A stretch of DNA of 64,000 nt, from positions 11,687 through 75,686 of the forward strand of contig CAMAVB010000004.1 of the NCBI GenBank assembly GCA_945861465.1, given 5' to 3'. This DNA comes from Candidatus Kuenenia stuttgartensis (GTDB lineage: Bacteria > Planctomycetota > Planctomycetia > Planctomycetales > Planctomycetaceae). The notes under the pieces were generated by a model. It was given only the letters and a program-made list of their open reading frames with translations, was not told where the DNA came from and ran no database searches. Of the stretch, positions 57,107 to 64,000 are shown piece by piece. How positions within the stretch are numbered: position 1 is the first letter of the stretch; each line of letters starts with the position of its first letter. Made by a program: the position numbers and the translations under genes.

Positions 57107-57808
57107 TCATGGCAACGCCTCGGCCATACCCGTCGCGGCAGGTGCTTGCTGCGGGGCGACTCGCATGGGTGCCGCATAACTGGCCGTGGCCGTGAGCCCT
57201 CGCAACGTGATGTCCACTACAAAGTCACGCTGTCCGGCGACTCGAATGGTGACGTCTTGTGTACGACCACTGGGTTGAAATCGAATGGGATCGGACCAGC
57301 GTCGCCGGCTTGTTGTCGATGGCTCAGAAGTGACGGAACCTGATGCGACGGGCAGCACAAACGTAACGCCGGTTGGCAGTCGACCTTCTCGCAGAGTCAG
57401 TGAAATCAGGCCATTGGCAGCCGTGTCATCAATTGGCTGTGTGGGAGCTTCGGCGGATTCGGTGGACAATCCAGCTGGAGTCATCGTTGCCCCGGAAGGA
57501 TCTTCGAGTACCGTGACCATCGCGTTAATCGGGACAGGTGCGCGTTCAATGACGTAGCGGTCACCGGAAATCTCATAGCGGAAAAAGACCTGTGAGCTTT
57601 CTCGAATGGCCAGCGATCGGGCTTTGGCCAACGACGCCTGAAGTTCTTTCGCGGCGCCGGTGAGACGACTTTTGTCCAGAGGCCCACGCATGGACGGAAG
57701 AACAAGCCCCGCCACAGCGGCCAGCACCGCCATCACAATCAGCAACTCCAACAGCGAGAATCCGATGCGGAATTGCGGTTGATTGTGATGGCGCGACGGC
57801 TTGTTCAT
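57107..57808 (-). CDS. gspH: GspH-like pseudopilin
   Basis: MNKPSRHHNQPQFRIG/FSLLELLIVMAVLA prepilin N-terminal cleavage/methylation domain. The size and beta-rich C-terminus fit GspH. Confidence 0.7.
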   Translation of the reverse strand: MNKPSRHHNQPQFRIGFSLLELLIVMAVLAAVAGLVLPSMRGPLDKSRLTGAAKELQASLAKARSLAIRESSQVFFRYEISGDRYVIERAPVPINAMVTVLEDPSGATMTPAGLSTESAEAPTQPIDDTAANGLISLTLREGRLPTGVTFVLPVASGSVTSEPSTTSRRRWSDPIRFQPSGRTQDVTIRVAGQRDFVVDITLRGLTATASYAAPMRVAPQQAPAATGMAEALP

Positions 57809-57913
57809 GGGGGAGCTTGTTTACTTTTGAATCCGTCAATCTGTCAAAGTTGCTGATCGCTCCACGATCAAAACAACTTGCGGACTGGCATTCGATCGCA
57901 AAGGATGCGAAAT

Positions 57914-57953
57914 GGTGGGCTGGCGCTCGCTTTGCTTGCTGGTCCCACCCTGC
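57914..57953. repeat. single unit of the gtagggtgggaccagc family between gspG and gspH
   Basis: ggtgggctggcgctcgctttgcttgctggtcccaccctgc. Confidence 0.7.
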
Positions 57954-57968
57954 GAAATGCACGGACGA

Positions 57969-58547
57969 TTATTCTTTCGAATCAGAACTTGAACCTTCGC
58001 CGTCGCCGGTCCAGCTCACGATATCGTCGTCGGTATTTTCCTGACCGTCAGGACCATAGGACCAGATGTCGGGGACATTGATCTTGTTGTGAGTTGGTGG
58101 ATATTCGTAAGCGTAGGTTTTGCCCCAGGGATCAGCTGGCAGCTTTTCCGTCTTGATGTACGGACCGTCCCAGTTTCCACCGCTTTCGTCGCCGCCGGTG
58201 CTTGCACTATCGGAATCACTGCTGGAGGAATCTTCAGAGGACGAACCACCATCAGTGCCCGGGTTCGAAATCAGAGCGGCCAGCCCTTCTTCTGTCGCCG
58301 GGAACTTATTCATATCAACCGCATAGCGTTCCAGGGCTGACTGAAACATGCCGATCTGAGTTTTGACGGCATTGATATCGGCTTTCTGTTTGCTGCCCAA
58401 CAGGCGAGGACCGATCAAAGAAACCAGCAGCACAAGAATCGCCATCACGATCAGAAGTTCGGTCAGAGTAAAGCCGCTGCGAACGACATTACTCTTTGAA
58501 ATCTGTGATCGTGTCTCTGTCAGGTTTTTCATAATCATCTTCTGCAT
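57969..58547 (-). CDS. gspG: GspG-like major pseudopilin with acidic Ser/Asp-rich insertions
   Basis: ATG 58547 is preceded by AGGAG. SG/FTLTELLIVMAILVLLVSLIGP and the GspG core (KAD...AL..Y..D...FP..EGL.AL, DPWG..Y.Y) are present. Extra GGSSSEDSSSSDSDSASTGGDESGG and a C-terminal GDGEGSSSDSKE are also present. Confidence 0.85.
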   Translation of the reverse strand: MQKMIMKNLTETRSQISKSNVVRSGFTLTELLIVMAILVLLVSLIGPRLLGSKQKADINAVKTQIGMFQSALERYAVDMNKFPATEEGLAALISNPGTDGGSSSEDSSSSDSDSASTGGDESGGNWDGPYIKTEKLPADPWGKTYAYEYPPTHNKINVPDIWSYGPDGQENTDDDIVSWTGDGEGSSSDSKE

Positions 58548-58580
58548 TTTATTCTCCTTGCGAACAAAACAATACCATTG

Positions 58581-58650
58581 GCGGGCGGCAGGGCGTCTGC
58601 CCTCCGAACAGAATTGCCGCACTCGGAGGGCTGACGCCCTGCCGCTCGCC
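58581..58650. repeat. REPIN-like palindrome between gspF and gspG
   Basis: ggcgggcggcagggcgtctgccctccga...tcggagggctgacgccctgccgctcgcc. Confidence 0.85.
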
Positions 58651-58658
58651 AAACGAAA

Positions 58659-59867
58659 CTAACTCATTGAAGTACTCATTTCAAACACCGGCAGCAACAA
58701 TGCCACAATCACAAACAGCACCGCACCGCCCATCACCATCAGCAGAGCCGGTTCGATAAGTCGCACCATGGTGTCCAATTGACGAGCCACCTTTTTGTCG
58801 ATGCCATCAGCCACGTTGCTAAGCACTCGTTCCAGATTATTGGCCTCTTCCGCGATGCTGATCATCGCCATAATGTTGGCGGGAATCAGGCCGCATTTAG
58901 TGAGCGGCGAGGACAGCGATTCTCCGGCAGAAATATTCTCGGCCGCCTTTCTGATCGCCTGGCCCAACACCACGTTGCCGGACGAATCACTGCTGATTTC
59001 CAAAGCTTTCAGCATGGGCACACCGTTTCTCAACAGAGTCCCCAGAATCCTGCAGAATCGCGAGACAGCGCTGTTGAGCACGATTGGCCCGAAGACCGGG
59101 ACCTTCGTTTTGATACTATCAATTTTCTGACGTCCATTCGTCGATGCAGCCCAGCGTCTGAGCAATGTGATCAGACCGACCGCCGCCATGGCTACCAGAA
59201 TCCCAAAGCGGCCCAGAAAATCGCTGAGCCATAGCAGAATGATGGTTGGCGTCGGCAAAGTCCCCTGCCGTTCCAGCGATGCAAACAATTCAGAAAATTT
59301 GGGCACAAAAAACACGATCAAGACCAGCGTTACTGTAAATCCGGCGACTGCCAGAAACGCCGGATATGCCATCGCACCTTTGATCTTGGCGCGAAGTTCT
59401 TCCTGACGTTCAAGGAACTCGGCGGTCTGTTGCAGTGCGGCTTCCAGAAACGCACCTTCAGTCCCCGCGCGGATGATGGAAAGAGTCAGAGCACTGAACA
59501 CGTCGCGATGCGAGCCCATGGCCTCATGGAGTTGTTTGCCGTCGGCGATTCGGCCTCGAACATCCGACAGAACTTCTTTCAGCCGGTCATGCGTGGCCTG
59601 TTGAGCAAGCAGGTCCAGCGCCTGCAGCAGGGGCACTCCATTCGTCAGCAGATCCGACAACTGAGTCAGAGCTGCCGCAAGCAGATCAGCTTTGATCGGA
59701 AGGTTGAACTTCAGCTTGAAAAGTGCTTGCTTCGCCGGAGCCACGGTCATTGGGAACAGCGACCTTTGAGCCAGCATGGCCATGACGTCACTGCGCGAAT
59801 CGGCTGAGATCAGTCCTTTCACGTCCTGACCAGTCATCGTTCTTGCTATGTAACTGAACTCCTGCAC
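58659..59867 (-). CDS. gspF: type II secretion system protein F (GspF/PilC family)
   Basis: Two T2SF repeats (LA.LL..G.PLL.AL..L) and three TM segments. 402 aa is the typical size. Confidence 0.9.
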   Translation of the reverse strand: MQEFSYIARTMTGQDVKGLISADSRSDVMAMLAQRSLFPMTVAPAKQALFKLKFNLPIKADLLAAALTQLSDLLTNGVPLLQALDLLAQQATHDRLKEVLSDVRGRIADGKQLHEAMGSHRDVFSALTLSIIRAGTEGAFLEAALQQTAEFLERQEELRAKIKGAMAYPAFLAVAGFTVTLVLIVFFVPKFSELFASLERQGTLPTPTIILLWLSDFLGRFGILVAMAAVGLITLLRRWAASTNGRQKIDSIKTKVPVFGPIVLNSAVSRFCRILGTLLRNGVPMLKALEISSDSSGNVVLGQAIRKAAENISAGESLSSPLTKCGLIPANIMAMISIAEEANNLERVLSNVADGIDKKVARQLDTMVRLIEPALLMVMGGAVLFVIVALLLPVFEMSTSMS

Positions 59868-59916
59868 TGGCCGCCCTTAACAACCTTCTTAATCTGACTG
59901 TGTGAACGCCCCGACA

Positions 59917-61623
59917 CTACTCTGCCTTGGTCACACGCAACACTTCTTCGATGCTGGTCAGGCCGCAGGCGACTTTCAGCCAGCCGTCCTGACGAAGAGT
60001 TCTCATGCCGCTGGCGATGGCGGCCTTTCGAATTTCGGTGGTACTGCGGCGTTCACTGGCAAGTACCCGAATTTCGTCGTTCGTGACGAGCAGTTCATAG
60101 ATGCCCAGACGTCCCGAGTATCCAGTGCCACGACACTGTCGACATCCCTTTGCTCGGTAGATCGGCTGACCGGAAGTGTAGTCTTCCAGCGGGAAATCTG
60201 CCGGCACTTCCTCTTTTGACGGCATGTAAGCTTCGCGACAGTGCTTGCACAAAGTTCGCACCAGTCTCTGAGCCAAAATTCCTTCGAGCGTGCTGCTGAT
60301 CAGGAAGGGTTCAACACCCATATCAGCCAGACGCATGAAAGAACCGGCCGCATCGTTGGTGTGCAGCGTACTGAAAACCATGTGCCCTGTCAGAGATGCC
60401 TGAACGGCGTTCTCAGCGGTTTCGAAGTCGCGAATTTCTCCGACCAGAACAACATCCGGGTCGTGACGCAGAATGCTCCGCAGACACGCGGCGAACGTCA
60501 GGCCCACTTTATGGTTGACCTGAATCTGATTGATGCCGTCGAGTTGATACTCGATCGGATCTTCTGTCGTGATGATCTTATTGCGTTCGCTTTTGATCTC
60601 AGCCAGCGAACTGTAAAGCGTCGTTGTCTTACCGGAGCCAGTCGGTCCTGTAACCAGCACGATACCGTGAGGCAATCGGATAAGTTCACGGAATCGACTG
60701 CACGTGTCATCTTCCATGCCGACGCCGGACAGCGAAAACTTCATTGCGTCCTTATCGAGAACTCGCATGACGACACCTTCGCCATGCAGCATCGGTATGA
60801 TGGAGACGCGAATATCCACTTCGCGTCCCTGAACTCGCAATTTGATACGACCATCCTGCGGAACTCGCTTTTCAGCGATGTTCAGGCGAGCCATGATTTT
60901 CAAACGGCTCAGGATGGCCGCCTGAAAGCGATTCAGCTCCGCAGGCACTGGTTGATTCTGAAGCACACCGTCGATGCGATAACGAATCTTCATGCCTGAG
61001 GCCTGTGATTCCATGTGGATATCACTGGCGCGGTTGGTCACGGCTTCGGTGAGAATATCATTCACGAGGCGCACTACGGAAGCCTGTTGAGCCATCGCAG
61101 CGGCTTCGGATTCTTCGAAACTGAGGTCCCCAAGGATCTCGATCTCGTCGGAGTTCTCAGCGGCTTGAGCCATCAGGCCATCCAGTGTCTGAGCGCCGAC
61201 ACCGAGATGAGTCTTGATGAGCATGGCTACTTCGTGCGGCAGAGCGAGGTCGGTCATCACAAACATACCGGTCGCGGCCGAAACAGCATCGGCTGCCTGA
61301 ACGTCGAACGGATTGCTGACCACAATTCGGATCGACGACGAGTTGCGGTCGATCGGAAAAATCGCGTGACGATGGATCAGTCGAACCGGAAAATCCTCGA
61401 GAATCGATCGATGGACTGTCACTTTGGACAAGTCCACAACCGTCATGCCCAGAGAACTCGCGATGGACTGCAGGGTTTGCAGATCGTTCGAAAATCCAAA
61501 TTCGCCGGTCACCGCGGACAAGCCATCTGACGTAAACAACCTCTGGACGTGGTCGAGTTCTTCGGCCGTCAGACGGCGCGGAATCTCTCGGTACGCCGAT
61601 GGGCGTTTCAAAATAGTACTCAT
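59917..61623 (-). CDS. gspE: type II secretion ATPase GspE/PilB family
   Basis: Walker A GPTGSGKTTT, Asp box, Walker B VLVGEIRD, His box TGH.VFSTLHTND, and a tetracysteine CKHC...CRQCRGTG. Start at ATG 61623. Confidence 0.95.
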   Translation of the reverse strand: MSTILKRPSAYREIPRRLTAEELDHVQRLFTSDGLSAVTGEFGFSNDLQTLQSIASSLGMTVVDLSKVTVHRSILEDFPVRLIHRHAIFPIDRNSSSIRIVVSNPFDVQAADAVSAATGMFVMTDLALPHEVAMLIKTHLGVGAQTLDGLMAQAAENSDEIEILGDLSFEESEAAAMAQQASVVRLVNDILTEAVTNRASDIHMESQASGMKIRYRIDGVLQNQPVPAELNRFQAAILSRLKIMARLNIAEKRVPQDGRIKLRVQGREVDIRVSIIPMLHGEGVVMRVLDKDAMKFSLSGVGMEDDTCSRFRELIRLPHGIVLVTGPTGSGKTTTLYSSLAEIKSERNKIITTEDPIEYQLDGINQIQVNHKVGLTFAACLRSILRHDPDVVLVGEIRDFETAENAVQASLTGHMVFSTLHTNDAAGSFMRLADMGVEPFLISSTLEGILAQRLVRTLCKHCREAYMPSKEEVPADFPLEDYTSGQPIYRAKGCRQCRGTGYSGRLGIYELLVTNDEIRVLASERRSTTEIRKAAIASGMRTLRQDGWLKVACGLTSIEEVLRVTKAE

Positions 61624-62053
61624 GGGATTGTCCGAATGGTGCCGAGGGTAGGTTGGATTTCGGCGGGAGGGAATTCGGCGGGATGCTGTGCTCAAGTCAT
61701 TGGGCGATCAGCATTTAAGACAGGAACTTTAGGCGAGCGTTGTGGCGGCATCAAGATTGTTGTCCGATGCAGATTCATGCAACGCATCTCCTGCCGGTTC
61801 TCATCCCTATTCTCGGCTTCAGACTCCTGAGAAGCCAGTATTTTTAGCAAACAAAGTGGGTGTTTGCGGGATTGACGCAAATTGCGAAAAGATTGCTCGA
61901 CGGTGGGAAAGATTCGAAAATTGGCAATTTACGGCCCTGTCAGGCGGGAAAAACTGGCCTTGAGCTCGGAACTGCGGCTTCAAGAACAGCGTCATGCCTG
62001 CTTCGACAATGATGGTTGTCGTGAGGACCGTTTACCGCCAATACTGTTCCAAA

Positions 62054-62140
62054 AGTAGCAGGTACACTCGGTGTGCCGTCCGCTGATTGGCAAAAGCTCC
62101 GCTTTTTCCGGGTCGCGGCCCATAAAATGTGCCTACTACT
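62054..62140. repeat. imperfect inverted repeat in the gspD-gspE spacer
   Basis: agtagcaggtacactcggtgtgcc ... gtgcctactact. Confidence 0.5.
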
Positions 62141-62167
62141 TTGCTTCGGTAAACTAAAGACGCCGAA

Positions 62168-64000
62168 TTACTGATCCAGGACATCGTTCAGGACCTGCAT
62201 GACTCGGCGCGAGTTCGTCTTTTTGAGCGGGATGAGAGTGACGCCCCGCGCCCTGTTTGTGGCTGATGTTTCGTCCAGCTGAGTCACGAGTTCAGAAATT
62301 TCATCGATCAAATTCTGTGGGGCTTTAACCACCAGGGAGTTGGTTTCTTCCTGAACCTCGATCGTCAGCAGTGGGGCCGAAGAAGCGGCGTTGATTTGTC
62401 GAAGCACGTTCGCGACGGAGGAATCAATCCCCGTTGGAATTTCGATGGCTCTGCGTGTCCCTCCCGCCGTCAGCTCTGTGCGATAAACACCACGGACCAC
62501 ATCCTCCACCTTTTCAGCATCAGCATGCTTAATTGTGATCACTTCGGTTCGGAAGATGCGTCCCGAATCTGGCAGCTTCTCCGTGTCCAGAATCTCCAGA
62601 AGCTGTTCGATGCGATCTCGATCTGTACGTCCGCCGTAAACGATCAACGCATTCATGCGAGTTTCCGGCACGATCACCACTGAGCCAAACGCGAGCATAC
62701 CGGCTCGACTGTCATAGATCGATTCCAACGTCTCCGCGACTTCCTCAGCGCCTGCGTTTCGTAGTTGATACACCGAGAAGTCTCGATTACGGCTGCCAAC
62801 CGCGCCGCCCGTGCGCGACGAAGAGGTGGCGCGCAGGATCGATTCCAGTTGATCCAGAGCTTCGATGTCGTCGGAGGCAATCGTAATCCGATCAGTGCCT
62901 GGAATAATGACAACCGGTGAAGGCTCGTCCGGAGCAGGAATGTTCGCCGCAGCGTTTGTTGCTTCAGTTGTTGTTTCCGCTGATGCTTTCTCGGCAGCCT
63001 GCGATTCACTCGGTTCTGAAGATGTCGGCGACGTTGCCCCCCCCTCCGGTGGCACGGAGAATTGTCCGTCCGCTTTCGGCTGTGGCTCAGAGGCGGGAGT
63101 TTCCACGCCTGGCCGAAGGACGCGAATAGGGTTTTTGCGAACTCGCGGCCACAAATCCTGAATTCTCTGCAGCGTCGGCTCGATATCGCCCTGAATCGGG
63201 ATGATTCGGAGATTTCGATTGGTCTGAGCTGCCACATCCCCCGTTGGCGACAAGCCGGTTTCACCCATCTTGATCAGCAGCGTGCGGATATCCTGAAGTT
63301 GCTTCTTCGAGCCTCGAACCAGCAACTGCTGCGAATCTTCGTCCGCCTGAATGACGGGATAGTCATCGTCCTTCGTGAAGCTGTCACCATAAAGACCTTC
63401 GATCGCATTTTGAGCCGACGAAGCACTCAGCATGCGAAGCTGAATAACATCCATTTCGCGAGGATCGCTCTCTTCAAATTGTTCCAGTTCACTAATCAGG
63501 GCCTTAATCACAGCGTGCTGATCCGGGCGAGCGACCGCAATCAAAGAACGCGTTTTCGAGTCAAAGGAAACTCGAACGTTATCGGATCGGCGAAACATCG
63601 CGTCGAAGACTTCGACAGTGTTGTCCCCATCGGCCGTTCGGAGAGGATAGGCTTTTGCCGACGGAGCGTTGTCCATCGGCAGTACGCTGGTCATCTGCTC
63701 GACCACCTGTTGAATCGTCTCATGCTGTTTTGGTGTGGCCGTTGCGACTAGCATTTCCTGAGACACATCGGTCACCATGCTGGCGTCCGGGAACAACTTC
63801 GTCAGCACTTCCTGAGCTTCGTCAGCTTCGAAAGGACGCAGACGGTAGCTGCGAGTCTCCAGGCCCTCGGTCGATCCCTGAGATGACATCATCTGCTGCA
63901 CAAGTTCGCGAACAGCCGGCATGTCGTCAGCCGCAGCACTCACAAAAAGCTGCCGACCAATCAGATCAGCCGTGACCTGAGCATTCTTCGGCAAGAGTGG
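62168..64000 (-). CDS. GspD-related protein made of secretin-N-type domain repeats, 5'-partial (N-terminus beyond window end)
   Basis: The frame is open to nt 64000. At least six beta-alpha-beta-beta-alpha units of the secretin N-domain type (Y.L....A.EV...L..L / N.L.V.......I..L...LD). It is the first gene of the gsp operon. No secretin beta-barrel core is recognisable in the visible C-terminal 610 aa. Confidence 0.6.
   Translation of the reverse strand, partial: PLLPKNAQVTADLIGRQLFVSAAADDMPAVRELVQQMMSSQGSTEGLETRSYRLRPFEADEAQEVLTKLFPDASMVTDVSQEMLVATATPKQHETIQQVVEQMTSVLPMDNAPSAKAYPLRTADGDNTVEVFDAMFRRSDNVRVSFDSKTRSLIAVARPDQHAVIKALISELEQFEESDPREMDVIQLRMLSASSAQNAIEGLYGDSFTKDDDYPVIQADEDSQQLLVRGSKKQLQDIRTLLIKMGETGLSPTGDVAAQTNRNLRIIPIQGDIEPTLQRIQDLWPRVRKNPIRVLRPGVETPASEPQPKADGQFSVPPEGGATSPTSSEPSESQAAEKASAETTTEATNAAANIPAPDEPSPVVIIPGTDRITIASDDIEALDQLESILRATSSSRTGGAVGSRNRDFSVYQLRNAGAEEVAETLESIYDSRAGMLAFGSVVIVPETRMNALIVYGGRTDRDRIEQLLEILDTEKLPDSGRIFRTEVITIKHADAEKVEDVVRGVYRTELTAGGTRRAIEIPTGIDSSVANVLRQINAASSAPLLTIEVQEETNSLVVKAPQNLIDEISELVTQLDETSATNRARGVTLIPLKKTNSRRVMQVLNDVLDQ

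Noticed and set aside
56442-58652. Extended N-termini of gspI (to 57110), gspJ (to 56445) and gspG (to 58652)
   Set aside because: The extensions are REP sequences read in three different frames. They would give 35-100-aa prepilin leaders, far longer than the canonical short leaders that are recovered from internal TTG, GTG or ATG starts.
1-64000. Search for tRNA, rRNA, IS elements, integrases, RAYT transposases and prophage genes
   Set aside because: By eye I found no cloverleaf-like sequence, rRNA signature, DDE, HUH or tyrosine-recombinase motif, or phage structural gene. A tRNAscan, Infernal or ISfinder run would be needed to exclude small RNAs formally.

Overview
64 kb chromosomal segment, most likely from a Planctomycetota (Planctomycetaceae-like) genome. 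That assignment is an inference from three things: a giant NPCBM plus PVC-type heme-binding CxxCH protein, a T2SS-like gspD-to-gspM operon, and very abundant REP-like palindromes. By eye the GC content is about 50-55%. I support about 50 CDS. Housekeeping genes: lgt (5' partial), an M20 peptidase, a CFA-synthase-family methyltransferase, ispA-like plus dxs, a lipoate-protein ligase, myo-inositol oxygenase, sbcDC, an SNF2/SWIM helicase, gcvH-gcvPA-gcvPB, rpiB, an LMW phosphatase, a UbiB-like kinase, a PP2C phosphatase and asnS. A ten-gene type II secretion / pseudopilus operon covers 50.7-64 kb. An accessory island (about 21.6-30.6 kb) carries three ParD/ParE- or AbrB-type toxin-antitoxin loci (two with truncated toxins), a signal-peptide-bearing HinP1I/MspI-like endonuclease with no methyltransferase, a Uma2 endonuclease and large composite repeats. 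It also carries the most interesting item: a compact three-gene operon (23092-26632, minus strand) encoding a stand-alone TIR protein, a SEC-C-motif protein with a NERD-like PD-(D/E)xK C-terminus, and a zinc-ribbon/DUF4365 nuclease-like protein. This gene content matches no defence system I know. A second small accessory module (42429-44342) is an ABC-type ATPase plus Toprim-like pair (PARIS/OLD-like). No rRNA, tRNA, CRISPR array, IS element, integrase or RAYT gene was recognised. All domain calls come from motif reading by eye and no searches were run. Start codons were often moved inward from the supplied ORF track, because REP elements create artificial N-terminal extensions.
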